The notes under the pieces are model-generated. The model searched no databases, had not been told where the DNA came from, and was given only the letters and a program-made list of their open reading frames with translations. Position numbers and translations under genes: made by a program. Below, piece by piece: positions 13,123 through 26,375 of a stretch of 64,000 bases of DNA. How positions within the stretch are numbered: position 1 is the stretch's first letter; every line of letters starts with the position of its first letter. This DNA comes from Octopus vulgaris (Eukaryota), in assembly GCA_951406725.2 (NCBI GenBank), contig OX597823.1, positions 17,608,001 through 17,672,000 on the forward strand, in the 5' to 3' direction.

Positions 13123-13535
13123 GGATCTTTTCGGTTTGAAAGGCAGTTTTTAACATAATTTCTAGGTAACTAAAAAAATTTTAAACTTCGTATACTGGTA
13201 GAATGTGTTTATAAAACATCTTTTTCTCTTGGCTTTATTGAGAAAATTCTATAGTTTGTAAGATATTTGTTGTTTTTTTCTTCAATTTCTGCAATTTCAA
13301 CCAATCAGTGACGTCTATTGAGGTAAAAAAAAACATTCTGTGCCGTATGAATATGTCCCTCGTTTAAGAAACAGATTGGGTTTATTTACATTTGTGAAGA
13401 AAAAAAGATACCCTTCCCCTAACTCTAACCCTAAAACATATTGAAATGCAATAGATCGATACTAGGGTCATAATTATGGGTGACAATTTCATATGACACC
13501 GCTAGAAAAAACTGCCGTTCAAACCGAAAAGATCC
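13123..13535. mobile_element. MITE with 29-bp GG-starting TIRs and 8-bp TSD (Merlin-like)
   Basis: ggatcttttcggtttgaaaggcagttttt / aaaaactgccgttcaaaccgaaaagatcc; TSD gatgggtg/gatggttg. Confidence 0.8.
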
Positions 13536-14042
13536 GATGGTTGTTACAATATAGAATATACGACTTCTTCGAGTTGTTTGTGTGCACAGGTTGTTTGTTG
13601 TTATGGCCCATTCTGTATGGTAAGCTTCATCTGAGTGTGACTACTAGAGAGAAAGAGATTAAGAGAGTCTAGGCAAGTAGAGAGAATAAGCAGTTTGTTG
13701 TCGCACGAATAAAAGAGTTGCTTCTCCGTCGGTACCGGAAGAAGGAAGAAACAAGAAAGATAGATGGATCCCTGATCAGAGGTCACTCGACCAAAAGAAA
13801 ATGAAAGTGATTTTGCTTTGCTTATTTTGTAGGATTTTTCTTCTATATCAGGTTTGACCGATGAACGACTCGAGAAAGGCCAAGAGGTCAGCTTATTCTC
13901 ATAAACCTCTTAGTGCAACAGGTGAGAACAATAGGCTGAGAACTTGTATGGAACTATGGATTCAGTTTTGACTCAGAAATTTGGTAGCTGTTGGCTACAT
14001 CTTTATGTAAAGTGACACTCATACAAGTGTACATATATGTTT

Positions 14043-14421
14043 AGCTGGCAGAAATGTTAGCGTGCCTGGCGAAATGCTTAGTGGTATTTCGTCTGCGTTA
14101 CGTTGTGAATTCAAATTCCGCCGAGGTCGACTTTGCCTTTCATCCTTTCGGGGTCGATAAATTAAGTACCAGTTACGCACTGGGGTCGATGTAATCCACT
14201 TAATACCTATGTCTGTCCTTGTTTGTCCCCTCTGTGTTTAGCCCCTTGTGGGTAATAAAGAAATAGGTATTTCGTCTGTCATTACGTTCTGAGTTCAAAT
14301 TCCGCCGAGGTCGACTTTGCCTTTCATCCTTTCGGATGGTGTCGATCTAATCGACTTGATCCGTTTGTTTGTCCTTGTTTGTCCCCTCTATGTTTAGCCC
14401 CTTGTGGACAGTAAAGAAATA
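14043..14421 (+). mobile_element. SINE family E (Nin domain), head plus two tandem units
   Basis: Junction aaagaaata|ggtatttcgtc near 14265. Confidence 0.9.
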
Positions 14422-16143
14422 TATATGTGTGTGCGTATCTGTCTGACCTCTCTTTTTCCAAAGTATTTACTTTGAACTCAGGAAATTCTTCTTCTAACTA
14501 CATGCGAAATAAAGAAATACTCTGCCAATAAAAAAAAAACAACAACAATTTTTGCCGACTTAAACCATCGCTAATTTCTTGAGAAAACTAAGCGAGAATT
14601 CGTATCGTGAGTGTTCTATCACCTTTACGCTATTTGTTCGACCAAATTAAATTCACGAGTCTTAGTCGCATAATTCTAAGTAGAAGCCACATATTATGAT
14701 TCACAAAAATGCAGTGTATTAATTTTATAGTAAGCTGGTTTATAGCTCACCTCTAGTAGTTTATATCTCATTATATAGTGTAATGATTGCACTGCAAAGT
14801 GGTATAGAGTTCGTACTATTACAGTACGATGACAGTACTGTAATATGGTATTATTGTCCAGTACTGTAGTGTAATGACAATAGTTTAGTTCACCACTATA
14901 GCGTTTTTACATCTTGACCATAAAGCATATTTAAAAACTTTACTAGTCGAAGATTTCCCCCGGGAAAATAAAACCCTTATCATCAAAAGGTTCGTTACCG
15001 CTGTCAGAATTCACTCTACACGGCACACAATCTTATCGTATTTCACGAATTTTATTAACTCTGTTTATAAACAATAGTTCGCTCGAATGTCAGCTATTTT
15101 TTCTTTAAAGAAATCATTTCAGTTTGTGAAGAATTCAAGATAAGAACTAAATTTTAATATCTCACTTTCTTAGTTGATCTTTGTTCTTTAACCCTCATCA
15201 TTTCACTTACACAAATTTATAGTTTTATAGATAACATTTTAATTTATTTCTAAGCTCTTTCCTCCCTCAAATAACTCACGTGGTTACTTGATCAGAACGA
15301 AAACAAAAAATAAATATTTATATTTCACTAAATTTACCCAACCCATAATCTTAAGCACGTTGTATAAAGATACGCCTATGAGACGGCACCGTTACCGTGT
15401 CTCTTTCAACAGCTAGAAATAGCAACTAAAAGAAGAGATCGCCTATGTCTAAATAATATGAAGCCATTATAAAATTCATATCTGGACGTTAATAACTCTC
15501 TATCAACAATATGCAGTAGGCTTATACACATAGACACAGAAGAATATGGTGAATACAAACTCGGCGTTGGCCCTATCCAACTCCATCGAAGAAGCTGAGG
15601 AGTGAGAGAACCTTTCTATAGTTGCTGACCTTGTTGTTGACCTTCTAGATATAGCAATAAAACCGCCTTTAGATCACTTTATCCTCTTGTAAAAGGGAAC
15701 TACACACGATATTATGCCTGAATATTAAGATGAGATAATTATAGTTAGAACGCCTTTCAACCTAGATTAACTCAACTGATACTGACGTCGGTGCTAAGAA
15801 ACAGATATGAAAAATAATGATATTCATTAAAGTGCCACAGGGGGAATTAGGAAAAACAGAGGGAAGGGGTGAAGAAACACAGGCTATGTAAGGAATGGAG
15901 TTTATTATATTCATTAGCTGTCTCTCCTCTCGTCATCCATGTTATATTTTATCAACTCACCGAAGCCCCGCCCCTCTTCCACAGAATGTCAGTTGTCTAG
16001 AATGTTTCTGCAGCCGTCGATTTGCAGTTGTACAACATCATTTCATTCAATCTCCCCAGTTTCAGAAGGATTGAGTGACTGACAGGGTCCAAGCTTAACT
16101 CGTCGCCTCTAAACTAAACTACCAAAAAGGATAAAGCACATAC

Positions 16144-16745
16144 TTGTTCTCCGTTCTCCACGAAGAGCTCTACTGCAACTGTCAGCAGAACGGAGGTATT
16201 CCCAGTTCTGTGAGCAGGGGCATAGTGACGCAGATAAGGAAAGACGAGAATAAGGGGAACATATTAGATAATTTCAGGCCCATAACTCTGCTTAACACAG
16301 ACAGACACTTTTCTGAAGTCAGACACTTTTCTCTTCGGCCAATCCCTCATCAGTTTTTTTCAAATTTCACTTGAAAAGGAAGATGAGACTGGAGAGAGAA
16401 GTGCAGTCTCCCAGTACATTAGCTAAAAGGTGGGTGAATGTAGCGAAAATGGCCCGTGTGAGTGGATCTGCTCTAATAATGCACCTGTAGGCTAGTGAAT
16501 TTGAGAGAGAGTAGGGTGCCCTTTCCGGATGCCCTCGAAGCATTGAGTAGTTCAGGATTGTTGTGGTACCTGAGTAAACTCCAGGTGGTTACCTCTCCCC
16601 TATTGGGGAACTTTTATTGTCATATTCTTCTTGTTTGATATTATTGTTATTGTTTTGTGTACACGTTGTTTTTGGAAAATACCCACTGTCCACGTCTACT
16701 GTACTGTCCCTTATATGTCGGCCCTAGTGGTCAATAAATGAAGTG
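16144..16745 (+). mobile_element. Internally deleted Tx1/L1-like LINE relic (RT start, ORF2 C-terminus, 3' UTR)
   Basis: RGIVTQIRKDENKGNILDNFRPITLLNTD joined across duplicated agacacttttct to the C-terminus ...RWVNVAKMARV...HL*; hairpin plus AATAAA end. Confidence 0.75.
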
Positions 16746-16793
16746 ATAATAATAATAATAATAACTTTATAACTATTGTTGTTGTTGTTGTTG

Positions 16794-16860
<67 letters not shown>

Positions 16861-16864
<4 letters not shown>

Positions 16865-17388
16865 TAGTTTTATTTTTATAGCGTGCTTTCACTTCACTAC
16901 CGAGCACAGCTCTGTGTGCCTTGGGTATGTGCTGTGATTTGTTGTGATGCTCTGATGGTTATTGTATGGAAAGTGTTCTGCGTAGGATGTGTGCGGTGCC
17001 TAGTAGTGCAATTTTCTGTATGTTATATGTGTTTGTAAGTCCTGGTGTTTTTGTTATGTATTTGTCTGAATATTTTTTTATCATGCCTAATGCACCTACT
17101 ATGATAGGAATTGTTTCTGTTTTCAGATTCCACATTCTAGTTACCTCTATTTCCAGGTCTTTGTATTTTGAGAGTTTCTCCATTTCTTTTAGAGACATGT
17201 TGTCATCAGCCGGTATTGATACATCAATTAGAAAGCATTTTTTTCTTCATGGTCTCTGACAACTATATCTGGTCTGTTGGCCTTAATTTCTCTATCTGTG
17301 TGTATCGGCATATCCCAGAGTATGGTTGCTTTCTCGTTTTCTGTGACCTTTTCTGGTGTGTGCCTATACAATCTTTTTTCTGTTGTTA

Positions 17389-17390
<2 letters not shown>
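16861..17390 (-). mobile_element. 5'-truncated R4/Dong-clade non-LTR retrotransposon (restriction-like endonuclease domain) inside (TAA)n
   Basis: ILWDMPIHTDREIKANRPDIVV...IDVSIP...KLSKYKDL...PIIVGALG; (TAA)n on both sides. Confidence 0.88.
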
Positions 17391-17421
<31 letters not shown>

Positions 17422-17423
17422 CA

Positions 17424-17488
<65 letters not shown>

Positions 17489-18042
17489 GAATGAGAGAGC
17501 AGTGCATGCAATCAAAGTGAGACGGGTAAAATATACGAAGCCCATCGTATATCCATCATGACTACCCGTCTGATAAGGGTACACCAGGCACATGCACCAC
17601 AACCATATGTGCGCGACATGGTGATCTTATATCAAGATAAATAGCACATGACCTTGCAGGTGGGGGCCCAGTTAGAATTTTCTTCTGATCAAGTAGCCCA
17701 TCCCGCTCAAAAGGTCCCTGAATAAGGATTGTTTAAGGATGTTGAACGAAACACCCATGTTTCCAAAGGTGAATTATCCATACCTCTAAGAATTCCTTTC
17801 AACACACGGTTATGATGCTCCCCCACTAATTCTGCTCGTGATCAGAGATGCACATATCATCAGCCACTAAGGGACATGCTCAACTGGTTAAGGTCAAACA
17901 ACTGACAAGCAAATCTGTGGTATTGAGCAGAATATTTGCTGTAGCCCATCTTTTATACCAAGACAAAACAATGTACATGATAACACTTCCAAACAGTTAA
18001 GATCAGAAGCCATGAGAGGCACTGCCTGGTACTGCATCAGGA
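17489..18042 (-). mobile_element. Non-coding interspersed repeat between (TAA)n and (GAA)n
   Basis: Homologous fragments at 20738-20787 and 21380-21413. Confidence 0.6.
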
Positions 18043-18047
18043 GATAA

Positions 18048-19842
18048 TTCTTCTTCTTCTTCTTCTTCTTCTTCTTCTTCTTCTTCTTCTTCTTCTTCTT
18101 CTTCTTCTTCTTCTATTTCTTCTTCTTCTTCTACTTCATCTTCTTCTTCTTCTTCTTCTTCTTCTTCTTCTTCTTCTTCTTCTTCTTCTTCTTCTTCTTC
18201 GTCTTCTTCTTCTTCTTCTTCTTCTTCTTCGTCTTCTTCTTCTTCGTCTTCTTCTTCTACTTCTTCTTCGTCTTCTTCTTCTTCTTCTTCTTCTTCTTCT
18301 TCTTCTTCTTCTTCTTCTACTTCTACTTCTTCTTCGTCTTCTTGTTCTTCGTCTTCTTCTTCTTCTACTTCTTCTTCGTCTTCTTCTTCTTCTTCTACGT
18401 CTTCTTCTTCTTCTTCTTCTTCTTCTTCTACGTCTTCTTCTTCTTCTTCTTCTTCTTCTTCTTCTTCTTCTTCTTCTTCTTCTTCTTCTTCTTCTTCTTC
18501 TTCTTCTTCTTGGTCTCCTTCTTCTTCTTCTTCTTCTTCTTCTTCTTCTTCTTCTTGGTCTTCTTCTTCTTCTTCTCCTTCTTCTTCTTCTTCTTCTTCT
18601 TCTTCTTCTTCGTCTTCTTCTTCTTCTTCTTCTTCTTCTTCTTCTTCTACGTCTTCTTCTTCTTTTTCTTCTTCTTCTTCGTCTTCTTCTTCTTCTTCTT
18701 CTTCTTCTTCTTCTTCTTCTTCTTCTTCTTCTTCTTCTTCTTCTTGGTCTTCTTCTTCTTCTTCTTCTTCTTCTTCTTCTTCTACGTCTTCTTCTTCTTT
18801 TTCTTCTTCTTCTTCTTCTTCTTCTATTTCTTCTTCTTCTTCTACTTCATCTTCTTCTTCTTCTTCTTCTTCGTCTTCTTCTTCTTCTTCTTCTTCTTCT
18901 TCTTCTTCTTCTTCTTCGTCTTCTTCTTCTACTTCTTCTTCGTTCTTCTTCTTCTTCTTCTTCTTCTTCTTCTTCTTCTTCTTCTTCTTCTGCTTCTACT
19001 GCTACTTCTTCTTCGTCTTCTTCTTCTTCGTCTTCTTCTTCTTCTACTTCTTCTTCGTCTTCTTCTTCTTCTACGTCTTCTTCTTCTTCTTCTTCTTCTT
19101 CTTCTTCTTCTACGTCTTCTTCTTCTTCTTCTTCTTCTTCTTCTTCTTCTTCTTCTTCTTCTTCTTCGTCTTCTTCTTCTTCTTCGTCTTCTTCTTCTTC
19201 TTCTTCTTCTTCTTCTTCTTCTTCTTCTTCTTCTTCTTCTTCTTCTTCTTCTTCTTCTTCTTCTTCTTCTTCTTCTTCTTCTTCTTCTTCTTCTTCTTCT
19301 TCTTCTTCGTCTTCTTCTTCTTCTTCTTCTTCTTCTTCTTCTACGTCTTCTTCTTCTTCTTCTTCTTCTTCTTCTTCTTCTTCTTCTTCTTCTTCTTCTT
19401 CTTCTTCTTCTTCTTCTTCTTCTTCTTCTTCTTCTTCTTCTTCTTCTTCTTCTTCTTCTTCTTCTTCTTCTTCTTCTTCTTCTTCTTCTTCTTCTTCTTC
19501 TTCTTCTTGGTCTTCTTCTTCTCCTTCTTCTTCTTCTTCTTCTTCTTCTTCTTCTTCTTCTTCTTCGTCTTCTTCTTCTTCTTCGTCTTCTTCTTCTTCT
19601 TCTTCTTCTTCTTCTTCTTCTTCGTCTTCTTCTTCTTCTTCTTCTTCTTCTTCTTCTTCTTCTTCGTCTTCTTCTTCTTCTTCTTCTTCTTCTTCTTCTT
19701 CTTCTTCTTCGTCTTCTTCTTCTTCTTCTCCTTCTCCTACGTCTTCTTCTTCTTCTTCTTCTTCTTCTTCTTCTTCTTCTTCTTCTTCGTCTTCTTCTTC
19801 TTCTTCTTCTTCTTCTTCTTCTTCTTCTTCTTCTTCTTCTTC
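18048..19842. repeat. ~1.8-kb interrupted (CTT/GAA)n tract
   Basis: Direct reading. Confidence 0.98.
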
Positions 19843-20214
19843 TCATTATTATTATTATTATTATAACTAACAGATCTACCAATCTACGATGGAGGCATAA
19901 AATGAGGGAGGGAAGCCATAACAGCAGAACGTATTGAGAAATGTGTAAAGGGACTTGATAGATTACTTGGCTGGTGTCTTTGAGAAATCCCATTATTATT
20001 GGTGATACAGCATTCTGTTGCAGCTATATGACGTGTTTGCGACAAAGTGACATGTGATGACGATTCACTCCCGAGCTGAAATAGGTCCCCCCCCCACCAG
20101 CCTCTGTATCATGAATGGTTATGTGGACCACTCCTAACGAAGACAAGAGCGTTCTTCGATCAATACATAAAAAGCATAAAGAAAGAAAAATGTTATTTAG
20201 ATATACTTTATTTT

Positions 20215-20643
20215 AGTTACTCTTTACTCTTTTACTTTACTCTTTTACTTTTACTCATTAGACTGTGGCCATGCTGGAGCACCGCCTTTAATCGAGCAAC
20301 TCGACCGCGGGACTTGTTCTTTTGTAAGCCCAGTACTTATTCTATCGGTCTCTTTTACCGAACCGCTAAGTTACGGGGGACATAAACACACCAGCATCGG
20401 TTATCAAGCAATGCTAGGGGGACAAACACAGACAAACAAACACACACGCGCATATATATTTATATATATATACATATACGACGGGCTTCTTTCAGTTTCC
20501 GTCTACCAAATCCACTCACGAGGCTTTGGTCGGCCCGAGGCTATAGTAGAAGATAGTTGCCCAAGGTGCCACGCAGTGGGACTGAACCCGGAACCATGTG
20601 GTTGGTAAACACGCTACTTACCACACAGCCACTCCAGCGCCTA
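20215..20643 (-). mobile_element. SINE family A
   Basis: Full-length copy. Confidence 0.9.
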
Positions 20644-21414
20644 TGTTACGATTGTTTATACTCCTATACGTTCAAAGCTCACAAATTTCCTTTTTTGTAG
20701 ACGATATTTTCTGTTTGGTCGACACTAATTTTCAAATTATGATGTTCCCCAACTACTTCTGCTCGTGATCAGAGACGCACATATCGTTGCTCTACTCATA
20801 GCGACGTATAATTGGCCGTGTGGAAACACTATCTAAAGCTTGCCCCTGTGCCTTCTTTGATGTGAATGCGCGAGCGGAGTCTTTAGGAATCTACCCGTCT
20901 ACGATGGGAAATAAAGGGATAGTATCGCAAATCTAAACCCTCTAAATTCACGAACTCTACGATGGGGTAGTGTTGGGGGCGGCGGAATCTAGAGTCGCAG
21001 GAATTTTAACGAAAAAAAAAATCAAAGGTGATTTATTAATGCAAAACTCAATATTGGTAATTAGTCATACACCGATTTAAGATGAGCCAAAGCCATCACA
21101 ACCATTCATTAATAAAGCTATCCTAAACTAAAACTTACGTATATGGCATAATTCAGTGGAGAAGTAAGTTGACGTACTTCTCTTCGCTTCTTTTATTAGT
21201 TATCTCCCCCTTAATATTTATTTACTTTTTTAAACCCCGTAATTTTTATTCACTTTTTCTTAACGTCTGTAAACTGAACAATTACCCGCAACATCCACTA
21301 AATAATCATACTTTTTCACGTTTTTGTTTCTCTCTCTAAAAACCTGCCTGATTACTACCTTCGTAATCTTGAAAAACATCATGAGAGCCACTACCTGGTA
21401 CTGCATCAGGGCAT

Positions 21415-21415
<1 letters not shown>

Positions 21416-21465
<50 letters not shown>

Positions 21466-21566
21466 GTCATCATCGTCATCATCGTCATCATCGTCATTAT
21501 CGTCTTCATCGTCATCATCATCATCATCATCATCATCGTCATCATCATCATCATCATCATCATCAT

Positions 21567-21610
<44 letters not shown>

Positions 21611-21641
21611 TCGTCATCATCGTCATCATCATCATCATCAT

Positions 21642-21718
<77 letters not shown>
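21416..21718. repeat. (CAT/CGT)n microsatellite
   Basis: Direct reading. Confidence 0.97.
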
Positions 21719-22212
21719 CTTTCATGAGCTGTGACAGTTCTAATTCTTTGCGGTCCAGTCTCGACCTTGACAGACACGCCCTTCGGCATCAGAACCAACC
21801 AACCAACCAACTATTGTCTTGCAAACACACTCGAAAGCCGCATTGCATAGCCCTTCTCACGGCCTGATTCTGCACGATTATATAAATGACATATTCCGCC
21901 ATTTTAGAATTTTCTCGCCGGCATATTATACACATGCTTTGGCTAATTCTCACAATTGTTCACTTTACACATGCCTGATTTTGAACCACCCAACAGTTCT
22001 TTATAGAACTAACTACCAGCAGAAGTTAAGTTCCGGAGCTCGAGATACAGCTTCACCGTTATCTCTCAAGAGCCAGATGTACGATGCTTTTCAATAACAG
22101 TCCAATCTCACCGGTTCAATTCATTTCGACTTACGTAACTCATGATTTATTATCACACTTTGACAACGAACCAAACAGATTATTCTTCTTACCAGCTCAA
22201 AATCAATATTAG

Positions 22213-22279
22213 CATACATACATAAATACATACATACACACACACACATACGTATGTACGTACCTACCTAAATACATAT

Positions 22280-22310
<31 letters not shown>

Positions 22311-23135
22311 CATACATACATACATATGTACGTACGTACATACATACATACATAAATACATACATACATACATACACACACATACATGCACACACGCATA
22401 CATGCATAAATATATACATACATGCATACATACATACATGCACACACATACATACAAACGTACGTACGTACATGCTTACATACATACACACAGATACATA
22501 CACACACACATACATACATACACACATACATACTTACACACATACATACATACACACATACATACATACACACATACATACATACACACACACATACATA
22601 CATACATACATATATGCATACATACATACACACATACATATGTACGTACGTACATACATACATACATACATACATACATACATAAATACATACATACATA
22701 CATGGATGCATGCAAACATACATACATACATACATACATGCATACATACATGCATGCATACATACATACATACATACATACATGCATGCATGCATGTATA
22801 CATACATACATACATACATACATACATACATACATACATACACACACATACGTATGTACGTACTTACATACATACATACATACATACATAAATACATACA
22901 TACAAACACACACATACATACACACACATACATGCACAAATATATACATACATACATACATACATACATACACACATATCTACATACAAACGTACGTACG
23001 TACATACATACATACACACACACATACATACATATATACATACACACATACATAATGCACACATACATACATACATACATACATACACACATACTTACAT
23101 ACATACATACACACACACAAACATGCGTACATACA
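22213..23135. repeat. Compound (TACA)n microsatellite
   Basis: Direct reading. Confidence 0.97.
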
Positions 23136-23526
23136 TGGTTACGTATGTATCGATGTTTATATAAAATATTGATTTTTCAACCGGTGATATCTTTCTGTGA
23201 GTGAACTATGTCTGTTCTTTCATGATATGCCTCACGCGCGCACATAGCTACGCATGCGCGCACAATATATATATATATATATATACAAATATAGATGTAT
23301 ACACACAAATCTATTCATGTGTGTATGCTATGCGTACATGCTTGATCAAGTATCAGAAAAAAAAAGAAGCACTCAATATCTAATAAATAAATAAATAAAT
23401 AAATATAAGACTTTCAATGCCCAAATTTGACCATATTAGCATTTCGTATTTCTATTTATTTTCCAATCAACAATCAATAACTTTTTTTTATATACTGTAC
23501 AATACATTATAGCTTAATATATTATA

Positions 23527-23924
23527 CTAGCAGTATCGCCCGGCGTTGCTCGGGTTTGTAAGGGAAATAACTATATAAGCATTTTTAGAGATGTAAAGTA
23601 TAATAGCCATCTCAATATGGCTAACCACAAGGGGGGTGTTACTGTTGCTTTTTACGTTCTGAGATTTAATAATACATTTTTAGAGAGTTACTTCCCTTAT
23701 ATAATAGCAAAAAAAATGCATTAAAAATGGGAAAAAATGATGGTAATTTTTTTTTTAAATCGTAGACTCATCGTAGACGCGCGTTAATATCCAGAAGGGC
23801 TCGATATGAATCACGACTATAAGATACCCGCTTTTGGTTAAACTGCACTGCAAAATGTGGGAGTAGTTAGGAATCTAAATCGTAGGAGACAGACAACACA
23901 CAACCTCACTTTTATATATAAAGA
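23527..23924 (-). mobile_element. Non-autonomous Helitron
   Basis: 5' TC, 3' hairpin cccgagcaacgccggg then CTAG, inserted between A and T, no TSD. Confidence 0.85.
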
Positions 23925-24009
23925 TTACGTTATATTAGATCGTATTATGTTATATAGTATTTTCTTTCAAATTTTGTATCGGTAATTGTAATCTTTTTCA
24001 AATTTCAAT

Positions 24010-24489
24010 TTACTCTCTTTTACTTGTTTCAGTCATTTGACTGCGGCCATGCTGGAGCACCGCCTTTAGTCGCGCAAATCGACCCCAGGACTTATTCTTT
24101 GGAAGCCTAGTACTTATTCTATCGGTGACTTTTTGCATCGGTTGTCAAGCGATGTTGGGGGGACAATCACAGACACACACATACATATATAGGGACAATC
24201 ACAGACACACACATACACACACACATATATACACACATACATAAATATATACATACATACATGCATACATACATACACATACATACATACAAACGTACGT
24301 ACGTACATGCATACATACATACATACATAATTACATACATACACACACACATACATACATGCATACATACATACACACACACTCGCATACATACACATAC
24401 ACACGCACATACATAGATGTATATATACATACATACATACATACACACACACATACATACATGCATACATACATACATACATATATACA

Positions 24490-24523
<34 letters not shown>

Positions 24524-24730
24524 CATACATACATACATGCATACATACATACATACATACATACACGACGGGCTTCTTTCAGTTTCCGTCTACCAAATCC
24601 ACTCACAAGGCTTTTGGTCGGCCCGAAGCTATAGTGGAAGACACTTGCTCAAGGTGCTACGCAGTGGGAATGAACCTGGACCCATGTGCTTGGTAAGCAA
24701 GCCACTTACCACAGTGCCATTCCTGCGCCT
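24010..24730 (-). mobile_element. SINE family A with ~390-bp internal microsatellite
   Basis: Both halves recognisable around (TACA)n. Confidence 0.9.
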
Positions 24731-24961
24731 GATATCTTACAATATATTTTCTACGCCTCAGTCTTATATCAGCTTCTCAGGCATTTCCCACGTATTTAAA
24801 TATTTGTTCTAACAAAAGCAAAAACAAAAAAACTTAAATCACATCTCAAACGCGTACGCGCGCGCCCACACACGCACACATGCACGCACGCACGCACGTA
24901 CGCACGCACAGTGCTACTATGATAATCGGAACAAATAAAAATCTATAACCTCGGTATTCGT

Positions 24962-25328
24962 GACACTCCTTCGCTTGCGACGACGAGGGTTCCAGTTGAT
25001 CCGATCAACGGAACCGCCTGCTCGTGAAATTAACGTGCAAGTGGCTGAGCACTCCACAGACACGAGTACCCTTAACGTAGTTCTCAGGGAGATTCAGTGA
25101 GATAGAGAGTGTGACAGGTTGGCCCTTTGAAATACAGGTACAACAGAAACAGGAAGTAAGAGTGAGAGAAAGTTGTGGTGTAAGAATAAAGTAGGGTTCA
25201 CCACCACCCCTTGCTGGAGCCCCTGGTGCTTTAGGTGTTTTCGCTCAATAAACACAACGTCCGGTCTGGGAATCGAAATCGCGATCCTACGACCGCAGCC
25301 TTAACTACTGGGCCATTGTGCCTCCACA
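24962..25328 (-). mobile_element. SINE family C
   Basis: Reverse complement of 25990-26375. Confidence 0.88.
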
Positions 25329-25546
25329 ACCTGGGTAAAAGAGATATAGATTTCTCATCAGTGCTCCATAGATGTTTACTGTTTCCCCCCAATTTATGAA
25401 GACATTCACTTCACATCTACTGTGAAGATGTTCTCCATAACGGTGCACAAATTGTGCTCCCTGTCCCATAAAACTATGTTTGCCTGCATGCCAGCCTGTC
25501 AGCTTTTCTATCAGCTTGCCTGTCTGCTTGCCTGCCTGCCTGCCTG

Positions 25547-25589
<43 letters not shown>

Positions 25590-25989
25590 ATCTGTCTGTC
25601 GGTCTGTCTATGTGACTACTCATGCACCAAGTTGAGTTAAAAGTCAAAAGTTTATTTATTTTTCGAATTTCAAGCTTTAATTAATAGATCAAGCAAGTTA
25701 CATATGAAAAGCGTTTATTAATCAGACTGTATCCCATCATATTCTATTGTCTGTTGCCATTGTTGTACCAGAAGCTCAATTCCATGCTTATACCATTTGG
25801 TTGGTTTAGAGGCAAAAAAAGTTCCTGCATCATTTTCAACCACATCTACATCGTTGAACCTCCATCCGTGCAGGTAATGGACCGTGGCTCGGAAAAGGTG
25901 GTAAAATGATGGCGTGAAGTCTGGACTCTCGGCAAGGTGAGGCAGCACTTCCAACTTCCTCAAGCTTGCACTTGTCCACTTTGTGTGTA

Positions 25990-26375
25990 GTGGAGGCGCA
26001 ATGGCCCAGTGGTTAGGGCAGGGGACTCGCGGTCGTAGGATCGCGGTTTCGATTCCCAGACCGGGCGTTGTGAGTGTTTATTGAGCGAAAACACCTAAAG
26101 CTCCACGAGGCTCCGGCAAGGATGGTGGTGATCCCTGCTGTACTCTTTCACCACAACTTTCTCTCACTCTTACTTCCTGTTTCTGTTGTACCTGTATTTC
26201 AAAGGGCCGGCCTTGTCACTCTCTGTGTCACGCTGAATATCCCCGAGAACTACGTTAAGGGTACACGTGTCTGTAGAGTGCTCAGCCACTTACACGTTAA
26301 TTTCACGAGCAGGCTGTTCCGTTGATCGGATCAACCGGAACCCTCGTCGTCGTAACCGACGGAGTGCTTCCACCA
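25990..26375 (+). mobile_element. SINE family C with 12-bp TSD
   Basis: cactttgtgtgt at 25977-25988 and 26376-26387. Confidence 0.92.

Noticed and set aside
12270-13139. 289-aa Pro/Ser-rich plus-strand ORF
   Set aside because: Runs across the TSD boundary of a retroposon, antisense to it, with no domain recognised.
17960-18042. HDV-like ribozyme at the end of the non-coding element
   Set aside because: Partial P1/P2/P3 pairing can be drawn, but P1.1 and a convincing J4/2 are missing.
18342-19993. 531-aa poly-F/L and 354-aa poly-R ORFs
   Set aside because: Translation of (CTT)n.
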